From Eledone cirrhosa (Eukaryota): a stretch of 64,000 bases of DNA. Made by a program: the position numbers and the translations under genes. The stretch lies in assembly GCA_964016885.1 (NCBI GenBank), contig OZ024740.1:283278001-283342000 (forward strand), in the 5' to 3' direction. This document shows positions 52,511-64,000 of this stretch, one piece after another (the first letter of the stretch is position 1; each line of letters starts with the position of its first letter). The notes under the pieces are model-generated. The model was not told the origin of the DNA. It made no database searches and saw nothing but the letters and a program-made list of their open reading frames with translations.

Positions 52511-52742
52511 ATATATATATATGTAAAAGGAAAACAGAAATAACAACACAATCGGTACGCTATATATACAGTATATATACAGTACGGGATGGAATTGGAA
52601 AAAATGTCTCTAGATAAAAAAAACAGGTCCATTCATTTTGCCATCTCTTGCAAAAATGTTGGTGTTGGCGTTTTGTGTATGATTTGCTTTTTAGAAAAGT
52701 GGATGATGGAGCGCGTCTACCTGAGATGGAAAAAAAAAGTTT

Positions 52743-52815
<73 letters not shown>

Positions 52816-52995
52816 ATATGTCCGTACGAAGCTAAGAAGAAATGTGTGTATTTATGTGAGTAAAAGAATGTGTGTGCATGTAAGTACGAAGCTATTAGCA
52901 AAAGGAAGAGGGTCTTAACGTTTTGGACGCTAGTCCTTCATCAGAAAAACGAATGAAAAATAAGATAGATTGAAGGGACGGGCGCGGTGGAATTG

Positions 52996-53083
<88 letters not shown>

Positions 53084-53456
53084 GTGAGGTTTTTTTTTAC
53101 AAAATGAAAAATAACCGAGGTGTCCTACACGAGTGAAAGTATAAAGAAAAAGAGATGAAATCGAAAATGCAACTGAAGTCTTATTTTTTTTTTAAATATA
53201 TATATTTATTTGGTTCCTTTACCGGTTTCGCAGTTCTTCTGCTTTTCAAAAGGTGAGTTGAGATGGAGGGTCTGTGGTTTTTCTCACATCGTTATATATA
53301 TATATATATTTCGTTTCTGAATTTGTTTAGCAAGATTCTTTATCTGAAAACGTGTGTTGAAACCGATATTGTTATGCTTTGGGAGGGTCATGTTGCCAAT
53401 AAGAAACACACGCACCAGTATATTTATATGTATATATATATACATATATACATATA

Positions 53457-53521
<65 letters not shown>

Positions 53522-53601
53522 CTGTTTCTACTTTAGGCACAAGGCCAGCAAATACCCAGTGCATTACTGGTACTTTATTTATATATATATATATATATAA
53601 A

Positions 53602-53798
53602 ACGAAGGAAATGTGGTAAGGAACCAGGTGGACCATAACGCACCAAAGTACTCAATACTTAGGGTAGTAGAGTGGGTAATAGCAACGAGTAGGACCCCGA
53701 CGGCTGAGCTCAAGCCCTTTCGACGGCTAATTCTGGAATTCCAGAATTAGCCGTCGTAACGGCTTGAGCTCAGCCGTCGGGGTCCTACTCGTTCCTAT
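53602..53798. repeat. Family A asymmetric hairpin element in (TA)n
   Basis: Arms meet at CTGGAATTCCAG; same tail. Confidence 0.88.
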
Positions 53799-54474
53799 TT
53801 ATATATATATATATATATATATAAGAGAAGAGTCAGGACAGCGATGGCTGAGCACCGGCCGTTTCAACAGCTAGATACGGACTGAGCCACCAGTATTTGA
53901 ACGGTGGGAATTTACCTGAAATTACCAAGGGCTACAGTTCATATATGGGCATGCAATCAAAACAAAGAATAGAAGAAATATCTAGGAAGAAATATATATA
54001 TATTCAATGTGGTTTACCTTTCGCGGTTCTAACGCCTTACATTGAGTTAGAACTCAATGTAAGGCGTTAGAATGTAGTCCAGTGAGATCCTGTGATTGGT
54101 TCCGTTAGATATTCGTTATGAAAATCATCGGTTTGTATTTCGCTGAGTCAATCTTTTAGGTACAGAGTCCGATATATTATATATTAGTTTTTTTTACCAA
54201 TGATAATAAAGGCAAGTTATTTCACACATCTCATTCATTGTTTTACGATCGCCTCGGAGGGTTGATCATATCAATATATTGACTGATCGATAGCAGCTAC
54301 AGAACTGTATACTATCAGCCATAATACATGAGTTCTATCATAACGTCTTCGCCGGAAACAATTGTGTGTGTATGTCTGAATGAGTCAGGACCCTCATAAC
54401 CTTAATCTACTACCCCACGTATCAAGCACTCTGATGAGAAAGGGTCTAACCAGTTTGTAACCCAATCCATCCAG

Positions 54475-54521
<47 letters not shown>

Positions 54522-54528
<7 letters not shown>

Positions 54529-54892
54529 AAAAGGGGATGAAATCGAAAATGCAACTGAAGTCTTATTTTTTTTAAAAATATATATATTTATTTGGTTCCT
54601 TTACCGGTTTCGCAGTTCTTCTGCTTTTCAAAAGGTGAGTTGAGATGGAGGGTCTGTTGGAAAACAAGTAACATTTAGAGACCAACCTGATGTGAGAAAA
54701 ACCACAGACCCTCCATCTCAACTCACCTTTTGAAAAGCAGAAGAACTGCGAAACCGGTAAAGGAACCAAATAAATATATATTTTTTAAAAAAATAAGACT
54801 TCAGTTGCATTTTCGATTTCATCCCTTTTTCTTTATACTTCCACTCGTGTAGGACACCTCGGTTATTTTTCATTTTGTAAAAAAAACCTCAC

Positions 54893-54900
<8 letters not shown>
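54522..54900. repeat. Family D hairpin element in (TA)n
   Basis: 54522-54657 is inverted relative to about 54705-54838; tail on the right arm. Other copies at 53076-53290 (single arm) and 55341-55655 (hairpin). Confidence 0.9.
54726..54763 (+). ncRNA. Minimal type I hammerhead ribozyme, U3-A8 variant (family D)
   Basis: CCTT / TTGAAAA / GCAG-AAGAA-CTGC / GAAA / CCGG (palindrome) / T-A / AAGG. Identical copies on the minus strand at 54598-54635 and 53216-53253. Confidence 0.82.
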
Positions 54901-54984
<84 letters not shown>

Positions 54985-54988
<4 letters not shown>

Positions 54989-55333
54989 TGTATTAATAAA
55001 TGGAAACTATATTTATAAAACCATATTTATTCTATTCTATATATTTCAAAGGTACCAATACTTTGGTACGCTCTCGTCGGATAAAATACAAAATGTGTTT
55101 TATAAATAGTGACATACCCAGGAATCACACCTTAACGGTTCAGGTTCCGTTTGGATAGTACCAAAGTTTTGGTACCCTTGAAATATATATAATAGAATAA
55201 ATATGGTTTTATAAATATAGTTTCCATTTATTAATATCATTGATATTATACTCCAGAAAACTGTCGAGTGCTTCGAAGGTGTTATAAATATATTTGTTGA
55301 ATTACCAACAAATTAAATATCTCTTTGCTTATA
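54985..55333. repeat. Family E asymmetric inverted element with hammerhead-like motif
   Basis: 54991-55069 inverted vs 55158-55235; minus strand 55034-55086 reads TTAT-CCGACGA-stem(GTACCAA..TTGGTAC)-GAAA-TATA-T-A. A diverged relative at about 404-710 is split by microsatellites. Confidence 0.7.
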
Positions 55334-55340
55334 TATATAT

Positions 55341-55655
55341 ATTAGAATGTGAAGATTTGTTTACAAATTTAAAAATAACCGAGGTGTCCTACGCGAGTGA
55401 AAGTATAAGGAAAAAAGATGAAATCGAAAATGCAACTGGTGTCTTTTTCTTTTTAAATATACATATTTATTTGGTTCCTTTACCGGTTTCGTAGTTCTTC
55501 TGCTTTTCAAAAGTAGAGTTGAGATGGAGAGTCTGTGGTTTTTCTCACCACAGACCCTCCATCTCAACTCTACTTTTGAAAAGCAGAAGAACTGCGAAAC
55601 CTGTAAAGGAACCAAATAAATATATATTTTTTTTTAAAAAGACTCCAGTTGCATT
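55341..55655. repeat. Family D hairpin element, more diverged
   Basis: Arms meet at TGTGGTTTTTCTCACCACA; hammerhead copies carry point changes. Confidence 0.85.
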
Positions 55656-55775
55656 AGATTATAATAGGAGTTGGGCTGTAGGAGTGAATTCAAAACTAAC
55701 TTATTCCGAATTGAACTTTAAGTACATAGCCATGCCTACTCATGTGTATGTGTGTATTTGTGTGTATGAGCGCAC

Positions 55776-55876
<101 letters not shown>

Positions 55877-56093
55877 TACAACACCATCTTGTTTTGGGAC
55901 AACATAAATCTTACAGTATCTGATGCTTTCAATTAACTATACTAGTATTTTTGGTGTACCATGAACATCACATCTGATAACAATTTATAACAATAGTGTT
56001 CCTGGAACAGCAGGAACAACACAAGAGCTGTTACTTTTTAATCTACGTAATTAATATGCTCAGGAGAGCATGAATCTCACAACAACTACTATA

Positions 56094-56309
56094 TTAGCTC
56101 TTTAGCATTTAAACCGGCTATATCCAGCAAGAATTCTCTCACCTCTTTCTCTTCAAAGAGGTCATAACCACCTGCTAGTTCTTAGTTTAAGGTATTGTCC
56201 TCAAAATAAATAACATCAAAATCTCATAAATTCGATATTATGTGAAATAAAGTATTTACCATCAAAATACAATAGTAAATATAGAGTAATGTGAATGCTA
56301 AAGGGTTGA
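56094..56309. mobile_element. piggyBac-like MITE (decayed)
   Basis: TTAG-CTCTTTAGCATT ... AATGCTAAAGGG-TTGA: inverted ends with degenerate TTAA. Confidence 0.55.
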
Positions 56310-56880
56310 ATCTACAGTAAAATAGAACATGGACCTCACTGCAGCTGATGCCCTCAATCCACAATTGTAGTACCGTACTACAGCGCCAACAGTTTTCTGT
56401 TTATTTTCCGGTGTCGGTGGAGAAAGAACCTTAAGACAGTTGATAAACTTAATATGCATCACTAGTGATCCTGAAATAGGAACATAACATTTTATTCACG
56501 TGGCAAGGCATGAGCATCACTTGAACTGATTTAGTCGATCTGCAACTTTAGTGGAAGCTCAAAACTGTTGATGAACTTAATCTATAATACTAGCATTTTT
56601 GAAACACCATGAATTTCACTCTAACGAACACGCGTAATCTATAGAACTTGTGAAACTTTACAACAAATTATTCGCTCATATTTTCTTGCAACGATATAAA
56701 ACTTTATAGCATCACAATTCTTTTATTCTTTCCTGAGTATGAGTCGAGGAGCTATTTTCAGTTCTTGATTTACTTATACATTTGTTATTCATACAGTACA
56801 TTTCAAATTTGGATGAACACCTTCATTTGATATTACATCTCTAATAAACTATAAGTATTTGTGCATTTGCGGTAATACTA

Positions 56881-57146
56881 ATAATTGTTTCTACTTTTGG
56901 CACAAGGCCAGCAATTATTCCAGTGTATTACTGGTACTTTATTTTATCGACCCCGCAAGGATGAAAGGCAAAGTCAACCTCAGCGGGATTCGAACTCAAT
57001 AATTGTTTCTACTTTTGGCACAAGGCCAGAAATTATCCCAGAGTATTACTGGTACTTTATTTTATCGACCCCGTAAGGATGAAAGGTAAAGTTAACCTCG
57101 GTGGGATTCGAACTCAGAATGGCAAGGGCCGTAACTCTGTGCGTCA
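56881..57146 (-). mobile_element. Tandem dimer of 5'-truncated SINEs
   Basis: Units 56881-56998 and 56999-57146. Confidence 0.85.
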
Positions 57147-57619
57147 AATACGAATAATGATTTCTAAGGACGACGCATGGTAAAATAATTTTCAAGAAGA
57201 GGTGAGACTATAATAAAGTTGAACTAAATACACTAAAATATAGTCATTACATGATTAGTAAGCCTCTGATCACCTACGGCAGTGGCAAAAACGACAGTTG
57301 ATTCCATTAGAATGTTTACTTTAAACGTCGAGGTACAACGCAATTGGTTGCAGGGCAAGTAGTTTGACGCTTTCGAACAGCACACCACCTCCATATCATA
57401 CAACTACCCCACAACTCTACCACCAACACCATCATTTAACTAGTTATATGCCATCTCTCAACAGTATATTTTCTTCTTGTGTGCCTCGAGATTTTGCTCT
57501 TGGCCGCAATAGAAGCGAGCATGATTGTTATATACCTGTGTGTGTATACATACATGTTTACTCACGCACACATGCTTTTATTGTATATGTTTGGGTATAC
57601 AGGTTATACACACACACAT

Positions 57620-57680
<61 letters not shown>

Positions 57681-57684
<4 letters not shown>

Positions 57685-57845
57685 AAGGGTAAACAAAAAT
57701 AGCAACACAATCGGTACAGTATATTGAAGGAATATATTAGGTTAACGCTTTCAATAGCAGGAAGAGAGTCTTAACGTTTCAGACGCTAGTCTTTCATCAG
57801 AAGAAAGAATGAAAAATAAGAATAAAATACAAATAAGATAGATGC
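57681..57845 (-). repeat. Family F element with minimal hammerhead-like motif
   Basis: Minus strand 57769-57804: TCTT-CTGATGA-A-AGAC-TAGC-GTCT-GAAA-CG-T-T-AAGA. A second copy is split across 52521-52560 and 52895-52970 with stem II GGAC/GTCC (compensatory change). Confidence 0.72.
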
Positions 57846-57860
57846 CTTTATGCATGTATG

Positions 57861-57937
<77 letters not shown>

Positions 57938-58051
57938 GTTTGTATATGTATAATAAACCCAACACAATGCAGGTATGGACATAGAATAAAGAATGCAAAT
58001 GCAAAAGATATTGTTGACAATTAGTCTTTTACCTTAGATTTATTTAAATGT

Positions 58052-58086
58052 CCTTAATTTTCGAGATAACATCTCTTCTTCGGAGG
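58052..58086 (-). ncRNA. Minimal hammerhead-like motif (CCGAAGA core)
   Basis: CCT / CCGAAGA / A-GAGAT-GTT-ATCTC / GAAA / AT / T-A / AGG. Confidence 0.55.
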
Positions 58087-58308
58087 GAAGTAAAATGGTT
58101 AAACCAGTGTTCTAAATAGCTTTCCAAGTCATTGGCAAGCTATTTAGAACACTGGTTTATATTTCAATGACGACACTGGCCACACTGTTCTGTGTGCGAG
58201 TGTCGTGACATCATCAGACAGCTTGTTACATAATAAGGTTATGTTTCCGAGGCAATCCAAGTTGAATCGACATGGGAACGGACGAAGTGTGTGCTTTTGG
58301 GTTCTTTC

Positions 58309-58371
<63 letters not shown>

Positions 58372-58577
58372 GGAAAAAATGAAACGAAATTTCATTTCAC
58401 ACTATTAGTACTCTTGCTAGACACTACGGCTTAATACGGGATGTTTGTTTACAAACACAGCGAGCATTATAATAAATTTTCGGTGAATCCATACGTACAT
58501 ATATATATGTGTGCATATATGTATATATATACATACTACTGTACGTCTGTATACATATATGTATGTACGTATACATA

Positions 58578-58629
<52 letters not shown>

Positions 58630-58632
<3 letters not shown>

Positions 58633-59746
58633 TTGCGAGGTTTTTTATATGAAATCGTGTGTCGAAACAAATATTGTTATACTTGGGGAGGGTCATATTT
58701 GAGTAATAATATTGCCAGAATTAATAACAGAACACACTCACTGTTTGGTTGGTTTTCGCTTCTGTGTCTTTCATATCGGTTAATTTAATTTATTCGGTCC
58801 TCAATGTTACCATTGAACGACCAACTGTCAAAAAATACAGATACAATATAGACACAAACACATATATATAGTCTAACAAAGTTCTTTCGTTGCACATCTG
58901 CAAGACCGTCAGTGATGCTATTATGTTTCCTCTCGTTGCATTGTATGCCTACGCCATCTTTATTTAGTCTGTTTATTTATTTATTATTTGTTTATTTTTT
59001 GTCTTCTCTGCCAATGCGTTTGCGTGTGTGTACAGTGTTTTGTTTGATGTGTGTTCGTGATTGGGTGACTGTGTATTGGTTATTGTATTATATCTTAGTT
59101 TACTAGTGTGTGTTTATATGTGTTTGTTGTTATTTTGCTTTTTTATGTATTTATTTATTTATTTATTTAGGTCATAGAACTTAGAAGGCCAAGGCTAAAC
59201 AGAAAAAATGAATGGAATAACAACAACACCCAAACAAACAACACTGACCTAAGAGAAGTATAAATAAATAAATAAATAAATACATACACAAGCACAATAA
59301 CAAGAAACACATATAAACACACACTAGTAAACTAAGATAGAATACAATAACCAATACACAGTCACCCAAACACGAACACACATCAAACAAAACACTATAC
59401 ACACACGCAAACGCATGCGCAGAGAAGACAAAAAATATAAACAAATAAATAAATAAACAGACTAAATAAAGATTGCGTAAGCACACAATGCAACGGTATG
59501 AGACATAATAGCACCACTGACGAAGTTCCAGATGTGCAACGAAAGAACTTTGTTAGACTATATATATGTGTTTGTGTCTATATTGTATCTGTATCTTTTG
59601 ACAGTTGGTCGTTCAATGGTAACATTGAGGACCGAATAAATTAAATTAACCGATATGAAAGACACAGAAGCGAAAACCAACCAAACAGTGAGTGTGTTCT
59701 GTTATTAATTCTGGCAATATTATTACTCAAATATGACCCTCCCCAA

Positions 59747-59750
<4 letters not shown>
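58630..59750. mobile_element. PLE family B inverted pair (about 550-bp arms) in (TA)n
   Basis: 58630-59172 (minus) and about 59175-59750 (plus) are reverse-complement copies of the same 3' region; (TA)n on both outer ends. Confidence 0.88.
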
Positions 59751-59820
<70 letters not shown>

Positions 59821-59822
<2 letters not shown>

Positions 59823-59997
59823 CGAAGGAAATGTGGTAAGGAACCAGGTGGACCATAACGCACCAAAGTACTCAATACTTGAGGTAGTAGAGTGGGTAAT
59901 AGGAACCAGTAAGACCCCGACAGAGACCGTTTCGACGGCTAATTCCAGAATTAGCCGTCGAAACGGCTTGAGCTCAGCTGTCGGGGTCTTACTGGTT

Positions 59998-60001
<4 letters not shown>
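59821..60001. repeat. Family A asymmetric hairpin element in (TA)n
   Basis: Same tail; left arm has a small deletion; an extra terminal fragment lies at 60073-60091. Confidence 0.85.
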
Positions 60002-60074
<73 letters not shown>

Positions 60075-60106
60075 GGTCTTACTGGTTCCTATATATATAT
60101 ATATAT

Positions 60107-62080
60107 CAAAATGAAAATCCGAAGGCAAGGTAAAATTCCAATCATTTAATCACGACACTTGTTTCAATAAGAGATAGATCGATTGTGAAGACATGATCGA
60201 TTATCACTGATCTCATCAGGTGAAAATGAATTGTCTTCAAATTCTTGATATGAGGGAGAAAAATAACGATGTTCTCTCACATAATTCATTACCTCATATG
60301 AAGAAGGTAGTGGAAGGTAACCTACCACTAACTCCTCCCTCTCTACTTTAGCCATAGAGTTCTCTCAATAAACAAACAGTCACACACTCAGGCAGTTAGA
60401 CGGCTAAGATTGTTTGCGCACTTACAAACGATACTCTGCCTGTTTCCACGGCGTTCTCATAGCTGAGAGCACTTTTTTAGAATACCTAGCTAGTAAATAG
60501 TTAGATTGATTACACACTTAGTATACCTAGTTAGTAATTGATTGCACACTCGGACATGACCAATTACGCGCACCTCCCTTTACTTAAGATACCCTAACCA
60601 TTGAGTTCTCTCAGTTGGGATATAGCTAGTCGTATTATACATTTAGTTAGGACCGATTACGCTCTCTATACATAACTCTACACACAGTACCCGTTTCCTT
60701 TAGACATTGAGCTGCCATAATTACGACTGTCACATTCCTACCGACTGAACACTACACTAGGTTTTGATCCGTGATCATCTAACCATGGAGGACTCACTGT
60801 TACGGATTGAACAATGATACTGACACACCATTAAGGGCTTACACACATCCTTTGGATTTTACTATCCTGCGCTTTTTTTACTTCACCTTCTGTGTTGGAT
60901 AACACACCTCCACCACTCAAACAACTATCTTAAAACCTCATTGGCCCATATGACGGGAAATCGCACTTACGGACGCATTTACCCAATACCCAACACTACA
61001 CGAAACCCTTTGCTGGCCTACATTGCGGTAGCTCGCACGCACGGATTTGGTGACTCGGATTCTCAATGGGACAGCGGTACATACTGAGTTCGATATGAGC
61101 TGATTGCTTGCTCTTCACATGGATGTGTATTTACCCGGACGTACCCTTTTTTTGGACGATTCGGATGTGTATATACCATAACATACACTTGAAGATATGG
61201 ATGTTACAATTCAATCTATACACGTATAGCAGAACACTGAACTGAACTTACTTGCTTGTGTGTGTGTGTGTGTGCGTGTGTGTGTGTGTGTGCGTGTGTC
61301 TGCGTGTGTGTGTGTTAACCCAATATTTCCAATTTACATCGTCAAATTGAGATTTGACCAATATAGCTTCTGTTGTTTTGTGAACTAACTTTCGGTGAGT
61401 GCTGTGTTGGTACATTCTTATATTTATTTATTTGTTTCTTATATTTATTTTTTCTCGGACATCGCTTCGGTGTGTATGAGAGTGTGTGTACCCAGCCACA
61501 CTAACTCTACAGGTTTAATACTGTGTTGATGTGTGTATATATATGTATATATTTTTCTTTGACCCCGAGCCGGTGTGTGTAGGTGTGGAATTTGTGTGTA
61601 CCCACTCACATTAACTGTGACTGACTGTATCCCTACAGATTTGATTGATGTCCAGCGTCTTTTGCAGCGATAGAAATCTGAAAACTTTTATAACCTCAAC
61701 TGAAGTTAATAGCAGTTGCCGTGTCTCTGACTGGTGTGTCTTCATATGAGGGAATGAATTCTGTGAGAGAACATCGTTACTTTTCTCCCTCATATCAAGA
61801 ATTTGAAGACAATTCATTTTCACCTGATGAGTGCAGTGATAATCGATCATGGCTTCACAATCGATCTATCTCTTATTGAAACACGTGTCGTGATTAAATG
61901 ATTGGAATTTTATCCGCCTTCGGATTTTCATTTTGATACTTATACTCCGTTTTACATCATCTAGCTGTTCCCTTGAATGGAATTGGAGATATACAAAAGC
62001 GTGGAGAACTTAATATTGCTAACATCAACTTATTGGACCATTTTACACAACCAATAATACACCTTACTATATAACAACTA
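60107..62080 (+). mobile_element. Non-coding hammerhead-bearing element with about 195-bp inverted repeats
   Basis: 60107-60303 is the reverse complement of 61740-61937; 1.4 kb interior without a recognisable ORF. Right boundary approximate. Confidence 0.72.
61820..61893 (+). ncRNA. Type I hammerhead ribozyme with canonical GUC site
   Basis: TCAC / CTGATGA (61824-30) / long imperfect stem II (GATA-ATCGAT..ATCGAT-C-TATC) / GAAA (61878-81) / palindromic CACGTG / T-C / GTGA. Confidence 0.78.
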
Positions 62081-62081
62081 T

Positions 62082-62087
62082 ATAGAC

Positions 62088-62175
<88 letters not shown>
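62082..62175. repeat. (GATA)n microsatellite
   Basis: Direct inspection. Confidence 0.95.
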
Positions 62176-62176
<1 letters not shown>

Positions 62177-62586
62177 TGTATAAAATAATTAAGTCAAATA
62201 TGTAAAATTTGGCTTCGTTTATTATAAATTAAAAATTAGCTATATATATTCCGGTGACATCCATCATTGTCTGTGACCCCTTCAGACAGTCTGAATTGGT
62301 GTGGAAAAGACAGGTACACATGTTGAAGTGCATTTTACACCGTCAATACATCGATATGTCCACCTCCTGTGTGTGTTGTTATTCCTCCGAGGAACTGGAA
62401 TCATATGTCGGTAAACAACCAACATATACTCAATATATATATATATATATTGGAAAATGTGTGAGATCCTTGGTACAGTTAGGTATATTTGAAAAAAAGG
62501 AAAAGAATGATTCACTTATAGGGTTAAACATTTTTTGATTTTATGTGTTATATTATAATATTATGAGTGTCTATTATTATAACATT

Positions 62587-62780
62587 TCGGACGCCATGCT
62601 TTGCAGCATAGAGTTACGGCTCTTTATGATCTGAGCTCAAATCCCGCCGAGGTTATCTTTGCCTTTCATCCTTATGGGGTCGATAAAATAAAGTACCAGT
62701 CACGCACTGGGGTCGATTTAATCGACTTTCCCCTCCCCCAAATTACTGGCCTTGTGCCTATATAAGAAACCGTTATTATA
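62587..62780 (+). mobile_element. 5'-truncated SINE (long form) with TSD
   Basis: TTATTATAACATT on both sides. Confidence 0.88.
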
Positions 62781-62839
62781 ACATTAAATCAAAAACTTTT
62801 TAACACTACAGGTGAAGTCATTCTTTTCCCTTTTCTCAA

Positions 62840-62901
<62 letters not shown>

Positions 62902-62908
62902 ATATACG

Positions 62909-62997
<89 letters not shown>

Positions 62998-63011
62998 ATA
63001 TATATGTATGT

Positions 63012-63052
<41 letters not shown>

Positions 63053-63091
63053 TATATATACGTATATATATATGTATATATATATATATAC

Positions 63092-63157
<66 letters not shown>

Positions 63158-63159
<2 letters not shown>

Positions 63160-63530
63160 AGATCAAAAGATGGTTAAATGAGTTCCATGTATTTTATTAT
63201 GCGCATTTCAAAAACAAATATCATCATGCAATAACATTTGTGTTTTCATCAGATAAAATAGGAGGACATGATATGAAGGTTAAAAAACACTTGTGGATAG
63301 TGCAGTTTTAAATCAACATATATGTTGATTTAAAACTGCACTATGATGAAAACACAAATGTTATTGCATGATGATATTTGTTTTTGAAATGCGCATAATA
63401 AAATACATGGAACTCTTTTAACCATCTTTCGATCTTATATATTATGTATACTCCAGTCCTACAAACTGTAGAGTGCTTCTTATCCGATATCTGCATTGCT
63501 TTATTGTACTACAATAAAACTCACCTCCTA
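63158..63530. repeat. Family C hairpin element
   Basis: Same sequence as 40070-40495; left arm keeps an intact hammerhead on the minus strand (about 63192-63258); right arm has an internal deletion. Confidence 0.88.
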
Positions 63531-63531
63531 C

Positions 63532-63567
<36 letters not shown>

Positions 63568-64000
63568 ATTGTTAATACGGTGTATTACGTATTACGTGCT
63601 CTTAAAAGATTTTCCTCGATAAATAATAAAACACTCAACAGTTTTCTGGACACTACTCCACAACTGTATCTCCTCTGTATGTGTATTCATGTTTGCGCGT
63701 GTGTGTGTGTACGAGTGCGCTTGCGTGTATGTATGCACATGTATGTATGCACATGTATGTATGTATGTATGTATTTATGTATGTATGTATGTATGTATGT
63801 ATGTGTGCATGTATCAGTGCGTGAATCTGTATGTGTTGTATAGTTTACGTTTATTTAACACCTGAGCTAAGCAGCAGCATCTCTCATTATATGGCTTTCC
63901 TTTAGACTGCGACGACGACAGCAGCAATTGCAGCAGCAACAGCAACAGCAACAAACAGCAGCATTAGCAACAACGGCGGCAGCGTAAGCAACAGCTGCAG

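Overview
AT-rich, microsatellite-saturated eukaryotic DNA, probably intronic or intergenic. The repeat content (tRNA-derived SINEs, (TA)n/(TACA)n/(CA)n density) looks like an octopus or other cephalopod genome; this is an inference. No convincing host protein gene is present, and almost all short ORFs in the track are translated microsatellites. Real coding content is transposon-derived: (1) an intact two-ORF L1/Tx1-clade LINE (41007-47020) flanked by (ATT)n; (2) a near-intact single-ORF R4/Dong-type RLE retrotransposon (29760-33634, two TAG stops) in (TACA)n, plus a decayed relative; (3) fragments of Penelope-like elements (PLE, GIY-YIG), RTE, CRE-type RLE LINEs, a mariner, several MITEs and about 20 copies of one SINE. 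The most striking hidden layer is a set of at least 8 unrelated short element families inserted in (TA)n as asymmetric inverted repeats. Each carries a type I hammerhead ribozyme motif, and some cores are variants (U3-A8, U4C). One element has the same inverted architecture but a complete tRNA cloverleaf instead of a hammerhead. The common SINE shares its 3' tail and ATTAT target with the intact Tx1 LINE, suggesting a LINE-SINE pair.
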